Positions 41,200 through 51,859 of a stretch of DNA of 64,000 nt are shown here, in pieces. Source of the DNA: Methanoregula sp. (GTDB taxonomy: Archaea > Halobacteriota > Methanomicrobia > Methanomicrobiales > Methanospirillaceae); the NCBI GenBank assembly GCA_035527915.1, contig DATKZP010000073.1:3073-67072 (forward strand), given 5' to 3'. The position numbers and the translations under genes were made by a program. The notes under the pieces are model-generated. The model was given only the letters and a program-made list of their open reading frames with translations. It searched no databases and had not been told where the DNA came from. Each line of letters starts with the position of its first letter. The stretch's first letter is position 1.

Positions 41200-41915
41200 T
41201 GGTCGCTGCTTTCTGTATCCCGGTTCCCTATCGTATTATCGCACTGATGCAGGAACGAAACCGTCTCTTTGCGTACCCCATGGAATGTCTGGCGGGTGAG
41301 ATCAAGGCAACCGGATTCCAGTGCAACCGCTGCGGGACATGCTGTACCCGGTTCGTCAACGGGCACATCTTTCTGCTGGATCATGAGGTAGTTGAAGTGA
41401 AAAAAATCGATCCCGCTGCGTTCAAACCCGCACCGGATCCTGAATTCTGCGACCAGAACGGTATGTTATATGTTTCGGGATATGCACTCCGGATGAAAAA
41501 TGATATACCGGGGTCCTGCTGGTTTCTTGAGAACCAGAGGTGTCGGATCTACGACCGAAGGTTTTCCGGCTGCCGCATCTACCCACACATGCTTCGCCGT
41601 TACGCTGATGAGGCAGGGCTGGTGACATGGCACCTTTTCGCAAAGATGAACGAACACGGGCGATATCATCAGGATGTACCCGACAACGAGTGCCTTGCAC
41701 TCGCATACGAAATCAAAGAATATGAAAACGCGGTCCTCACACAACAGATATCATTCCTCGAAACCATCCATGAATATTTTACTGTGCATGATCTCGGGCA
41801 TGTACAGGAAATGTATGATTATCAGATGCGGAAGTTTTTACATGGCGAGCCAGTCAATGTCATGGTTTATCATGCCGGAGAACTGGAAGAACACCGGATT
41901 ACAAAACCGGGTTGA
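41199..41915 (+). CDS. YkgJ-family (CxxCxxCC) cysteine-cluster protein
   Basis: GFQCNRCGTCC, CWFL, CRIYDRR, CRIYP. Overlaps the upstream stop (TGATG). Confidence 0.8.
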   Translation: MVAAFCIPVPYRIIALMQERNRLFAYPMECLAGEIKATGFQCNRCGTCCTRFVNGHIFLLDHEVVEVKKIDPAAFKPAPDPEFCDQNGMLYVSGYALRMKNDIPGSCWFLENQRCRIYDRRFSGCRIYPHMLRRYADEAGLVTWHLFAKMNEHGRYHQDVPDNECLALAYEIKEYENAVLTQQISFLETIHEYFTVHDLGHVQEMYDYQMRKFLHGEPVNVMVYHAGELEEHRITKPG

Positions 41916-41969
41916 ATTTTTCGGCAGGTGGCTATCAGATTAATTAAAAAGAAGACGTCACCCGTCCTG

Positions 41970-43784
41970 TCACATCACAACCCGTGTGACAACCCCGTGG
42001 ATTTTCTCCGAAGGAAGTGTGTAGAACTGGACAAATGGCGGGGAAATCTTCTTGATGATCCCGTACAGTTTCCAGATGAATTTGTCGCTGACGATATTTT
42101 CTACCCCATAAAAGATTGTCTTTTCATCAATTCCCCTGCTCCTTAATAACGCTATAATATCAATGACTTCCATATACCCGGTTCTGATTGAAAATACGTG
42201 GAGGCCTGGAGCAAGGTTGCAATCGAATTCCGATTCAACGCCAAAAGGTGCATCGGTTATGGAGATTGATACAAGGACATTGTTATCATACATGATCTCA
42301 TTCTGGAAGAAGACCTGGGTCAGGTATGGCGAAATGTTCATAACATCCCCGATAAAGTAGAGTGCAGTTCCCGTTATTTTATTTAAGGAGGCATAGGACT
42401 CGCGGTATTTTGGGAGAAAATCTTCCAACGCTACGGGTTTCAACATCGCATGGAGTTTGTCCTGTCCAAGGATGAACGTGACGATAACGATCAGGGGGAT
42501 CGCTGCTATTAAGAATGACCAGAATGCACCGTGAGGGATCTTGAGGAACGTGGATATGAAAAAGAGCCCATCAATCACAATCAGCAAGCCGCAGAGAAGC
42601 AGTTTTCCTGTTTCCTTTTTCCAGAGGAAGATCATCGCCATCATAATGGCAGAGATTGTCATGGTCCCGGAAACCGCGAGCCCGTACGCCGCTGCAAGGT
42701 TCTCCGAAGTTTTGAATTCAAACATCACGACAAGAACTGCGACAAGCAGAAGCCAGTTGATGGCATCGATATAGATTTGTGACTGGAGTACGGGAGAGGT
42801 ATACTCAATCTTCATCTTGGGGAGAATGCGGGTTGTCATGCCCTGGTATACGATCGAGAACATGCCGGAGATCATTGCCTGAGACGCGATGACGGTAGCA
42901 CACAGGCTCAGGAGAAGAAATGGAATGTAGACAAGCGGGCTGATATGATTTATCATCGCGAACAGGACGTTGTGCGTCTCATTGGTATTAAGTACAAATG
43001 CACCCTGCCCGAGATAGCTGAGCACGAGTGCAGGAAAGACAAAATACCATCCCTTCACAATAGGCTCCCTGCCAAGGTGTCCCATATCGGCATACAGCGC
43101 TTCGCCCCCGGTGACGCAGAGGATTACTGCAGACAGGACAAACAATGACACAATCCCGTTCTCAACGAGAAACACAAGAGCATAATAGGGATTGAGCGCC
43201 AGGAGAACCTGGGGTGCAGCGAATATCGACATGATGCCCGAAACCGCGAGCGCGAGAAACCAGAGGAGCATGATCGGACCAAAGGCCCATGCAACCCTGT
43301 CAGTTCCTTTTCTCTGGATGGCAAATAACGCGATTGCGATCAATGCAGCAATGAGGAGGAGGATAACCCCGCTGGTTTCTTCATATCCCGGGATCAGCCG
43401 GAAACCTTCGACAGCAGAAAGAATGCTGATAGCCGGTGTGATGACGCTGTCGCCAATAAAGAGTGCGATACCGATGATGGTGAGGACGGAGACAAATGCG
43501 GTCACTTTACCGGGTTTGATCAGCGAGTCCAGGATCCGTTGAAGGACGATGGTTCCCCCTTCACCCTTGCTACTGATTGACATCGCGAGCCAGACGTACT
43601 GGACGGTGATGATGATAAACAGCGTCCAGACAATCAGTGAGAGGAGTCCAAGGATATTAGATGGGATTGGCAGGATAAAAAGAAGGATTGCTCCGATAGT
43701 ATAAATCGGACTCGTGCCAATATCACCGAACACGAGACCAAGGGATTTGATAATTTTTGAAAATGGGATGTCCTTATTACCCAT
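41970..43784 (-). CDS. kup: KUP/HAK/KT potassium uptake transporter
   Basis: LGLVFGDIGTSPIY, GEGGT, GDSVITPAISILSAVEG, TGGEALYADMGH, SQAMISG, AAYGLAV. Start placed at ATG 43784. Confidence 0.93.
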   Translation of the reverse strand: MGNKDIPFSKIIKSLGLVFGDIGTSPIYTIGAILLFILPIPSNILGLLSLIVWTLFIIITVQYVWLAMSISSKGEGGTIVLQRILDSLIKPGKVTAFVSVLTIIGIALFIGDSVITPAISILSAVEGFRLIPGYEETSGVILLLIAALIAIALFAIQRKGTDRVAWAFGPIMLLWFLALAVSGIMSIFAAPQVLLALNPYYALVFLVENGIVSLFVLSAVILCVTGGEALYADMGHLGREPIVKGWYFVFPALVLSYLGQGAFVLNTNETHNVLFAMINHISPLVYIPFLLLSLCATVIASQAMISGMFSIVYQGMTTRILPKMKIEYTSPVLQSQIYIDAINWLLLVAVLVVMFEFKTSENLAAAYGLAVSGTMTISAIMMAMIFLWKKETGKLLLCGLLIVIDGLFFISTFLKIPHGAFWSFLIAAIPLIVIVTFILGQDKLHAMLKPVALEDFLPKYRESYASLNKITGTALYFIGDVMNISPYLTQVFFQNEIMYDNNVLVSISITDAPFGVESEFDCNLAPGLHVFSIRTGYMEVIDIIALLRSRGIDEKTIFYGVENIVSDKFIWKLYGIIKKISPPFVQFYTLPSEKIHGVVTRVVM

Positions 43785-44077
43785 CTGGTATAGTCTGTTT
43801 TTGAAAACGCGTAAACCTTTTGGATTTTTTCTCTGCCGGGCGCACGGATTCACCTCGAGGTATACACAATCATGCAGAGGAATCGATAGTCCGGGATAAA
43901 AAGGCAATTGAATTAAAAAAAGATACATTTTTTCGATGGTTTCTCATCGACCAGTTTTGCGGTGTGCTCATTATTTTTTTATAATCCCCTGTTCCGTGCG
44001 GTGAGACTGAAGCAGGTGCAAACCAGAGACAGGAATATCATAAAAGACCTAAAGGGATTGCCGGGCGTACCTGCATA

Positions 44078-44557
44078 TCACTTGTGGTATGGCTCGCCCC
44101 GAAGGATACGAAACGCTCGGTAAACCTGCTCCATGAGAAAGAGCCGGGCCATGGGGTGCGTGAAGGTCATTGGGGAGAGGGAGAGACGCAGGTCACTTTC
44201 GCCCAGAACTGCCGGAGAAAGACCAAGGTCCCCACCAATCACAAATGCCAGATTGTTCTGCCCGGAAATCTCCCATCTCCTGAATGCTCTTGCGAGTTCC
44301 TCGCTTGACCAGCTCTGCCCTTGCACATCAAGGGCAATGACAAACGAACCTTCCGGGATAGCGGCAAGGATCCGCTCTCCTTCCTTCTCCTTTGCGGCCG
44401 ACTCAACCGCTGGTGAAGTGGATGCCGGTCGTTTCTCCTCAGAAATTTCGATTGTCTGCAGTTTCACATACGGACGCAGGCGTTTTTCGTATTCAGAAAT
44501 ACCCAGCTGCAGATACTTTTCCTTGATCTTACCGACAGCGAATATGTGAACCTGCAT
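44078..44557 (-). CDS. rlmH: 23S rRNA pseudouridine-1915 N3-methyltransferase (SPOUT)
   Basis: AVGKIKEKY, KEGERIL, FVIGGDLG, SLSPMTFTHPMARL, EQVYRAF...GEPYHK. Confidence 0.92.
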   Translation of the reverse strand: MQVHIFAVGKIKEKYLQLGISEYEKRLRPYVKLQTIEISEEKRPASTSPAVESAAKEKEGERILAAIPEGSFVIALDVQGQSWSSEELARAFRRWEISGQNNLAFVIGGDLGLSPAVLGESDLRLSLSPMTFTHPMARLFLMEQVYRAFRILRGEPYHK

Positions 44558-44610
44558 GGGTCTTCCCACGTGGAAACAGGTGGATTACCCTCCCACATGC
44601 CAAAAGAATA

Positions 44611-45825
44611 TTATCCAAATATCTTTTTTGATTGTTCAAGCGCATAAACAGCAGGGAGCTTTTTCCCGGTCAGAAACTCAATACATGCCCCACCACCCGT
44701 AGAGATGTGGGTGAAGTCCTTTTCAATGCCAAGTTTTTCTATGACGGCAGCAGTGTGCCCGCCACCTACGACAGAGAACTCTACTTTCGATGCCGCCCGG
44801 AGCAGTTCGTATGTCCCTGTAGCAAAATCAACATCTTCAAAGACACCGGCAGGGCCGTTGAAGACCACGGTTCCTGACATTTTTAAGGTCTGGACAAGCG
44901 AGGCAATAGCGTCCATGCCAAGATCGAGCACGGGGGTGTCTTCCGGAATCCTGTCAATGGGATATTCGACACGATGGTTATCCTGCCTTACGGCAACGGA
45001 TTCCGGCATAACCACACAATCCCGGTAAAGGGAAAGGATCTCCTTTGCCTTTTCAATCTCCGGCAGGTATTTGAGTTGGGTAATCAGCTGGGTGGAGGGC
45101 TTCCCGATATTGTAGCCGGCAGCAATCAAAAAGACATTCGCAACAACCCCAATCACCATAACCTGATCGGCGATACCATTGGCAAGCACATGCCGTGCGA
45201 CATCAATAGAGTCATCCACTTTAGTGCCGCCAAGAACCATGCAGACCGGGCGGGGTGCACCGGAAAACACCTTGGAGAGTGTTGACACTTCTTTTTCCAT
45301 AAGAAGCCCCCCCGCTGATCGCATGACAAGCGGTAATCCCACGATGGTTGGTTGTGAGCGATGTGCGGTACCAAATGCGTCGTTTACAAAAACGTCCGCC
45401 ATTGAGGACAACTTTTTTACCAGATGTGTCTTTTTTGCTTCTTCTGGTTTTAAGGTCAGGTTCTCTTCTGCATTGAACCGTACATTTTCCAGCATCAGCA
45501 CATCCCCGACTTTCATGGCATGCACGGCTTCCCGTGCATGACGCCCGAAGATGCTGTCAGTGTACGTGACCGGCTTTCCAAGAAGGTGCCCGAGCTTCTC
45601 TGCATGGGCTTCAAGCGTAGTGAAATCTTTTTTCCCGGGTCTGCTCTGGTGAGTGACAATCACAACGCGGCTGTCAGAAAGGGCGCGGATTGTAGGGAGG
45701 TGCTCCCGGAAACGTTTGTCATCAAGAATATGGTTGGTGGTGGGGTCAATGGGGGAGTTGAGATCGAGCCGGAGGAGGACGGTTTTTCCGTTGCACCCCA
45801 ACTCCCTGATGGTTCCAATCTGCAT
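44611..45825 (-). CDS. pgk: Phosphoglycerate kinase
   Basis: LRLDLNSP, THQSRPG, LENVRF, NDAFGTAHRS, GGTKV, NGPAG, GGGHT, STGGGA. Confidence 0.96.
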   Translation of the reverse strand: MQIGTIRELGCNGKTVLLRLDLNSPIDPTTNHILDDKRFREHLPTIRALSDSRVVIVTHQSRPGKKDFTTLEAHAEKLGHLLGKPVTYTDSIFGRHAREAVHAMKVGDVLMLENVRFNAEENLTLKPEEAKKTHLVKKLSSMADVFVNDAFGTAHRSQPTIVGLPLVMRSAGGLLMEKEVSTLSKVFSGAPRPVCMVLGGTKVDDSIDVARHVLANGIADQVMVIGVVANVFLIAAGYNIGKPSTQLITQLKYLPEIEKAKEILSLYRDCVVMPESVAVRQDNHRVEYPIDRIPEDTPVLDLGMDAIASLVQTLKMSGTVVFNGPAGVFEDVDFATGTYELLRAASKVEFSVVGGGHTAAVIEKLGIEKDFTHISTGGGACIEFLTGKKLPAVYALEQSKKIFG

Positions 45826-45844
45826 CCAGACCACCTTTTTAAAT

Positions 45845-46474
45845 TTATGATGTGCTCCTCGCTTTGATTCTTTTCATCCGGAAAAGCTCTTCACGCTCCA
45901 TTTCATCAAGGCGCATCTTGATGAAGTCCCGGGCTTCGGTGAGTTCAGGGATTACCTTGAACTCGAGGGCATTCACCCTTCTTTTTGTCTTTTCAATCTC
46001 GTCAAGCAGGCGTTTCATCGTGGTTTCAATTTCGGCGCTTTCTATGATTGATTCCACCAGCTCTTCGAATGCCGAGGCTGTCTCATCAATAACCGTTGAG
46101 GTTCCAAGAACGCCATAACCCCTGTTCACGAGGCTTTTCCTAACCTTGGAGGCTTCAATCTGGGGCACGATTACTCCCATAATATTTTTGCTTTTCAAGG
46201 TAATTTCCGGAACCTCTTTTACCGAAAATGCCGCTGATTTCACACCAATCGCACCTTCTACGGTATTAGCAACTGCCATCATCTCGACAGCGAGCTGATA
46301 CTTATCCAAAAGATCACCCCTGCTATCCTTCGCAGTGGCAAGCACCTTGAAAAATTCAAGGATCAGTCCATCGCGCTTCATTTTGAGGATTTTGTAGCCT
46401 CGTTCGGAAAGCTGGATCTTCCGTTTGAGGTTGATCAGTTCCGACCGGGTCGGCTTGATATCGCGCAGCGCCAT
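45845..46474 (-). CDS. atpD: A1Ao ATP synthase subunit D
   Basis: IKPTRSEL, LKMKRDGL, EIEKTKRRVNALE. Confidence 0.95.
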   Translation of the reverse strand: MALRDIKPTRSELINLKRKIQLSERGYKILKMKRDGLILEFFKVLATAKDSRGDLLDKYQLAVEMMAVANTVEGAIGVKSAAFSVKEVPEITLKSKNIMGVIVPQIEASKVRKSLVNRGYGVLGTSTVIDETASAFEELVESIIESAEIETTMKRLLDEIEKTKRRVNALEFKVIPELTEARDFIKMRLDEMEREELFRMKRIKARSTS

Positions 46475-46480
46475 GAACAG

Positions 46481-47869
46481 TTACTCCTTCTTTGCACCAG
46501 TGCGGAATTTCGGGTGGTATTTCTGGATAAGCTCGCGGTCGATACGGACCAGCTGTTCAACCGGCAGTGTCGAGAGGAGTTCCCAGCCAAGGTTTAATGT
46601 ATCTTCGATTGTCCGGTCTTCATCATAACCCTGGCGGACGAAACGATTCTCGAAGATATCAGCAAACTCAAGGAGCAGGCGGTCACGTTCGGAGAGCGCG
46701 TCCTTACCGACGATTGCCACAAGCCCGCGAAGGTCATTGCCCTCCGCATAACCGGCATACATCTGGTCGGAAACCTTCTTGTGGTCCTCACGCGTGTGGC
46801 CTTTGCCGATACCAAGATTCATCAGCCGGGAGAGAGAGGGTAAGACGTTAACGGGGGGATAAATACCCTTACGGTGCAGATCACGGTTAACCACGATCTG
46901 CCCTTCGGTGATATACCCGGTCAGGTCCGGGATCGGGTGGGTAATATCATCACCGGGCATGGTCAGGATCGGAATCTGGGTAACCGAACCCTTCTGCCCT
47001 TTGATAATCCCCGCACGCTCGTAGAGGCAGGCGAGATCCGTGTACATGTATCCCGGATAACCACGGCGTCCTGGCACCTCTTCACGGGCAGCACCGATCT
47101 GACGCAGCGCCTCACAATAGTTTGTCATATCCGTAAGGATGACAAGCACATGCATACCAAGCTCAAACGCGAGATATTCAGCAGTTGTCAGGGCAAGTCT
47201 CGGGGTAATGATACGTTCGACAGCCGGGTCATCTGCAAGGTTCAGGAAAACCACTGCGCGCTCGAGAGCCCCCGTGCGCTCGAAGTCCTGCATGAAATAG
47301 TTCGCTTCTTCTTTGGTGATACCCATCGCAGCGAACACGACGGCAAAGCCTTCTGTCGAGCCCGGCACCTTTGCCTGCCGTGCAATCTGGAGCGCCAGTT
47401 TGTTGTGAGGGAGTCCTGCACCCGAAAAGATCGGGAGTTTCTGACCACGGACAAGCGTGTTGGTACCATCGATCGTTGAGACACCCGTCTGGATGAAATC
47501 AGATGGGTTGGCACGGGCATACGGGTTAATGGCAGCACCGGTGATGTCAAGACGTTTTTCCGGTACAATTTCCGGGCCCCCGTCAATCGGCTTACCGCCG
47601 CCGGACAGGATCCTGCCCAGCATCTCCCGCCCCACGGGCATCTTGATCGCTTCACCGGTGAAACGAACCCCGGTATCCTTCCCGATACCGGCGGTCGTCT
47701 CGAAAATCTGAACAACGACCAGCTCGTCACTGGTATCGAGTACCTGGCCTCGCTTCATTGTACCGTCGGCAAGGACAAGGTTAACGAGTTCTCCATAGCC
47801 AATCGGTTCTGTCTTTTCGACAAAAACAAGCGGACCGGCGATTTTATTGATCGTCCTGTATTCCTTCAT
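46481..47869 (-). CDS. atpB: A1Ao ATP synthase subunit B
   Basis: [46 protein letters not shown]. Confidence 0.97.
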   Translation of the reverse strand: MKEYRTINKIAGPLVFVEKTEPIGYGELVNLVLADGTMKRGQVLDTSDELVVVQIFETTAGIGKDTGVRFTGEAIKMPVGREMLGRILSGGGKPIDGGPEIVPEKRLDITGAAINPYARANPSDFIQTGVSTIDGTNTLVRGQKLPIFSGAGLPHNKLALQIARQAKVPGSTEGFAVVFAAMGITKEEANYFMQDFERTGALERAVVFLNLADDPAVERIITPRLALTTAEYLAFELGMHVLVILTDMTNYCEALRQIGAAREEVPGRRGYPGYMYTDLACLYERAGIIKGQKGSVTQIPILTMPGDDITHPIPDLTGYITEGQIVVNRDLHRKGIYPPVNVLPSLSRLMNLGIGKGHTREDHKKVSDQMYAGYAEGNDLRGLVAIVGKDALSERDRLLLEFADIFENRFVRQGYDEDRTIEDTLNLGWELLSTLPVEQLVRIDRELIQKYHPKFRTGAKKE

Positions 47870-49632
47870 GCTGCCGACCTCAGTGAATTGATTTCAGCAT
47901 CCATTTCCTTCTCGATCTTGGCAAGTTCGGGAATGTAGTCCTTGATAAACTTGATCTGGTTCAGCTCGTTTTTGGATTTGATCGTGTTAATCTGGGTTGG
48001 GCTGACACCGGCAAGTTGCGCAGCGTAGGCAAGATCCGAGAAAAGCTTGATGGCTTTCATCATATCATACTGCTTCTTCATATCGCAGAATGTGTCGACT
48101 TTGTCATATGCATTCTGCTGGAGGAATATCTCACGAATCATACGGGCAACCTCAATAGTCACCTGCTCTGATTCGGGTAGGGCATCAGATCCAACGAGCT
48201 GCACAATTTCCTGGAGCTCAGATTCTTTCTGGAGCACTTCCATAGCCCATGACCGGATCTTATTCCATTCCGGGGATACTTCGCGGTCATAATAATCATT
48301 GAGGCTTTCAAGATAGAGTGAATATGAATTCAGCCAGTTGATTGCAGGGAAATGCCGGCGTTGTGAGAGCTTTGCATCAAGCGCCCAGAATACTTTTACT
48401 ATACGCAGGGTATTCTGGGTGACGGGCTCTGAAAAGTCCCCACCTGGTGGAGATACCGCACCGATTACAGAAACGGAACCACGGGCACCATTCAGGGTTT
48501 TAACCAGTCCGGCACGTTCGTAGAATTCAGAAAGACGTGCTGCAAGATATGCCGGATATCCTTCTTCACCCGGCATCTCTTCGAGACGGGATGAGATCTC
48601 ACGCATCGCTTCTGCCCAGCGGGAGGTGGAATCTGCCATAAGTGAGACATCATAGCCCATGTCGCGGTAGTACTCTGCAATGGTGATACCCGTGTATACC
48701 GATGCTTCACGAGCGGCAACCGGCATGTTCGAGGTGTTTGCTATGAGCACCGTCCGCTCCATGAGCGGTTTGCCTGTTTTAGGGTCTTCCAGGTGCGGAA
48801 ACTCGGTCAGAACCTCTGTCATCTCATTGCCGCGTTCTCCGCAACCGATATAGACAACGATCTCCGCGTCACTCCACTTTGCAAGCTGCTGCTGGGTTAC
48901 CGTCTTGCCGCTCCCGAATGGCCCGGGAATTGCGGCAGTGCCTCCCTTTGCAATGGGGAAAAGACCGTCCAGAATCCTTTGACCGGTGATCAGCGGGATT
49001 GTCGGGTTCATCTTCTCTTTTACCGGTCGTGGTACACGAACCGGCCAGCGCTGGATCATCGGGTACTCCCGACCATCTTCAAGAACGCAGATGATCTCAT
49101 CTACGGTGAAATCCCCGCTTTTAATTACTTTGACAATCCCCGTTTTTGCATTCGGGGGCAACATGACCTTATGGACGATGTTGGTTTCCTGAACTTCGCC
49201 AAGAATCGCACCGGGTTCAACCTTGTCACCCGATTTTACGAGCGGTTTGAAGGTCCATTTCTTCTCATGGGAGAGCCCGGGTGCAGAAACACCACGTTCA
49301 ATGAAGTTACCCATCTTGTCCACAAGAACAGCAAGCGGGCGCTGGATCCCATCGTAGATACTGGTCAGAAGGCCCGGACCAAGCTCCACTGACAGCGAAA
49401 GTCCGGTGTTTTCCACTATTTCGCCGGGCTTGATACCGGATGTGTCCTCATAGACCTGAATAATGACGTTGTCGCCCTGGATCTTGATAACTTCTCCCAT
49501 CAGCGCTTCTTTGCCGACTTTCACCACATCATACATGTGGGCATCAAGATTGACTGCCGTAACGACAGGGCCGGCGATTCTTTTGAGAAACCCCTGTTTT
49601 GTGTCTTTTGATTTTTTTGTTTTTACTTCCAC
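47866..49632 (-). CDS. atpA: A1Ao ATP synthase subunit A (no intein)
   Basis: [37 protein letters not shown]. Confidence 0.97.
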   Translation of the reverse strand: MEVKTKKSKDTKQGFLKRIAGPVVTAVNLDAHMYDVVKVGKEALMGEVIKIQGDNVIIQVYEDTSGIKPGEIVENTGLSLSVELGPGLLTSIYDGIQRPLAVLVDKMGNFIERGVSAPGLSHEKKWTFKPLVKSGDKVEPGAILGEVQETNIVHKVMLPPNAKTGIVKVIKSGDFTVDEIICVLEDGREYPMIQRWPVRVPRPVKEKMNPTIPLITGQRILDGLFPIAKGGTAAIPGPFGSGKTVTQQQLAKWSDAEIVVYIGCGERGNEMTEVLTEFPHLEDPKTGKPLMERTVLIANTSNMPVAAREASVYTGITIAEYYRDMGYDVSLMADSTSRWAEAMREISSRLEEMPGEEGYPAYLAARLSEFYERAGLVKTLNGARGSVSVIGAVSPPGGDFSEPVTQNTLRIVKVFWALDAKLSQRRHFPAINWLNSYSLYLESLNDYYDREVSPEWNKIRSWAMEVLQKESELQEIVQLVGSDALPESEQVTIEVARMIREIFLQQNAYDKVDTFCDMKKQYDMMKAIKLFSDLAYAAQLAGVSPTQINTIKSKNELNQIKFIKDYIPELAKIEKEMDAEINSLRSAA

Positions 49633-49925
49633 AGATCAACACCCACCGATCTCTTGATTCTCTCTCTCATGGTCAATCCCCCTTCCTCAGCACCAATGGC
49701 GATCACGGTCGGCCTGACGGAATTTTCCAGGGTGGCGCGAAGCCTGCGGGGAATTTTTTCCATATCGCTGCTGTTGAGGACGAGAATACCGACCTGTCCA
49801 TCCTGCAGCACGCTGGTGATATATTCATTGCGTTTTTCGTCATTCTCGGCTGCATATGTTTTACGAATGCCCGCAAGACGAAAACCGAGAATGAACTCAC
49901 TGTTGCCGATGACTGCAATTTCCAT
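49623..49925 (-). CDS. atpF: A1Ao ATP synthase subunit F
   Basis: [29 protein letters not shown], and operon position. Confidence 0.93.
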   Translation of the reverse strand: MEIAVIGNSEFILGFRLAGIRKTYAAENDEKRNEYITSVLQDGQVGILVLNSSDMEKIPRRLRATLENSVRPTVIAIGAEEGGLTMRERIKRSVGVDLWK

Positions 49926-50987
49926 TTACACCACCAGGTATTCCGATATTTTCTCTTCCGGGAGTTTTGACTCCTTTCCTCTGGTGAGCGCCCTGAGGTT
50001 GAACACCTCATACTTCTTCTTCTCCAGATAGACGAGGATTGGATGAATGGAGAAAGGATGACGTTTGGATAAACGCTCCATCTGGTCAAGCTGGACACGT
50101 GTCAACTTGATTTCGATATCACGCCCGGTCTTATCATTTTTTAACTCATCAAGGAGAGTAAGCAGAGGTTTTTGTCGGATCTTTACCTTGAGCTGGTCAA
50201 TGAATTCGGTCTGGTCCTTTATGAGATTCAGGTTCGCAAAATCCGCTGATGAAAGGACACCTCCGGTAATAAACATCTCCCGTGCATCTTCCTCAAAGGT
50301 GTCCGCACGCAGCCGGAAAAGAGTCTTTACATTCTTGATGTCGATATCGAATCTGATAAATTCCAGAAAGAGATTTCCTCCTTTAATTCCGCTTTCTGCC
50401 TCTGTGATAATCTCTGAGAAGAATTTTTTGTAGAGCTCATTTTCCATATGGGAGAATGATCCGCTTTCCTTATATGCAGGATACTCTCGTGCGAGAACCG
50501 GATACATCCGATGGCCCTTGAGTGCTTCGATAATCCTTTCGGGACTGTCTTCTGCCAAAAGACGGTCAAGGATGACACGGTCAAGACTGCCTGCAGGGAC
50601 CAGGATCTCCTTGATCTTCCCCACATTTTCCCCCTGGATCCTGCCACGCAGGATAATGAGAATATTCTGGATATCCCAGCGGCGGAGATACGCCTGGGTG
50701 AACTGTTTTAGGTTCCCCGGAGTAATCTCCTGGATCTTCTGATATTCCTTCGCAAGGTTCCAGCTCAGGGCAAATTCGATAAGATCAATCCCCGAAAAAA
50801 TAGTTCCCAGCTCATCGATCTCCTGTTTGTATTCAGTTTCCTGAATAATACGGGTAATCTCCGGGAGACTCATATTGAGCATCCGCATGTACTCCTCACG
50901 GGGTATGAGTTTCGCTTTTCTCACCCGCATCCTGGTACATACATAGATGTAGGGTGCCGGGTTACGCGGCATCACGAACATATGCAC
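49926..50987 (-). CDS. atpC: A1Ao ATP synthase subunit C
   Basis: YVCTRMRVRKAKLI, RRWDIQNI, YLEKKKYEVFNLR. The exact start is uncertain. Confidence 0.92.
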   Translation of the reverse strand: MHMFVMPRNPAPYIYVCTRMRVRKAKLIPREEYMRMLNMSLPEITRIIQETEYKQEIDELGTIFSGIDLIEFALSWNLAKEYQKIQEITPGNLKQFTQAYLRRWDIQNILIILRGRIQGENVGKIKEILVPAGSLDRVILDRLLAEDSPERIIEALKGHRMYPVLAREYPAYKESGSFSHMENELYKKFFSEIITEAESGIKGGNLFLEFIRFDIDIKNVKTLFRLRADTFEEDAREMFITGGVLSSADFANLNLIKDQTEFIDQLKVKIRQKPLLTLLDELKNDKTGRDIEIKLTRVQLDQMERLSKRHPFSIHPILVYLEKKKYEVFNLRALTRGKESKLPEEKISEYLVV

Positions 50988-50993
50988 ACCTCC

Positions 50994-51572
50994 TTAGCCA
51001 AACAGGATATCTGATGCATCCTTCAACCTTGATTCCCACACTTTGTCTAGGAACGTGCGGTAACTGTAGTCAATCTGCAGCTCTCCTTCCTTACCTTCAA
51101 CAATGATACCCCCGTCAATTTCAACGGGGTCAGCAACCGTGAACCCGGAAAATTCTGCTTGCCCGGCAATCAACGATTTTACTATCGCAACATCACGGGC
51201 ATTGCATTGAATCTTTCCTTGGGAGATCTCCTTTTTTACCTCGGTAAGGAGATTTTTTATGGCTTCCCGATGGAAGCTTTCAGGGAGACGGGTGATTTCC
51301 GTGCGGGTGGATTCATAGACCTTATCCAGAAGTGCCTTCTGCGTGTTTAACAGCTCGCGTTTGACAAGCAGGTTGGCCGCAGATACTTCCTGGTCAATGA
51401 TATGCCGGGTCTGCTTTGCCGATTCTGCCTCTGCAGCGAGCTTGATTTCCTCGACACGCCTACCGGCCGCTGCAATGATGTTGTCTGTTTCCTGCTTTGA
51501 CTCTGCACGGATCCTGTCCGCATCTGTTCTACCCTTTACCCTGATCTCTTCAACAACGGCTTCCAGTCCCAT
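50994..51572 (-). CDS. atpE: A1Ao ATP synthase subunit E
   Basis: MGLEAVVEEI, coiled-coil N-terminus, IDGGIIVE, IDYSY. Confidence 0.92.
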   Translation of the reverse strand: MGLEAVVEEIRVKGRTDADRIRAESKQETDNIIAAAGRRVEEIKLAAEAESAKQTRHIIDQEVSAANLLVKRELLNTQKALLDKVYESTRTEITRLPESFHREAIKNLLTEVKKEISQGKIQCNARDVAIVKSLIAGQAEFSGFTVADPVEIDGGIIVEGKEGELQIDYSYRTFLDKVWESRLKDASDILFG

Positions 51573-51586
51573 TGTCTGCCCCGTGT

Positions 51587-51856
51587 TCAGAATATGAGGA
51601 GCAATGCCACAACGAGCCCGAAAATGACGATGGTTTCCGGAATGACGGTGAGCAGCAGGACAAGCCCGAATATGTCCTTGTTTTCAGCAGTTGCACCGAC
51701 AGCTGCAGACCCTATCGCCATCTCGGCCCATGCGGCTGCAAAGGCAGTACCAGTAATTGCAATCGCTGCTGCGATTGCCTTCATGCCAATCTGCGATGCA
51801 GTTATAGCTTCAACACTCATTCCAACGGCTGTTACATTTGATACAACATCTACCAT
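51587..51856 (-). CDS. atpK: A1Ao ATP synthase proteolipid subunit K (c)
   Basis: Single hairpin with AEMAIG and TVIPETIVIFG ion-binding motifs. Confidence 0.95.
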   Translation of the reverse strand: MVDVVSNVTAVGMSVEAITASQIGMKAIAAAIAITGTAFAAAWAEMAIGSAAVGATAENKDIFGLVLLLTVIPETIVIFGLVVALLLIF

Positions 51857-51859
51857 ACT

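Noticed and set aside
43785-44077. c-di-AMP (ydaO) riboswitch upstream of kup
   Set aside because: No ydaO consensus elements seen; the region is AT-rich and promoter-like.
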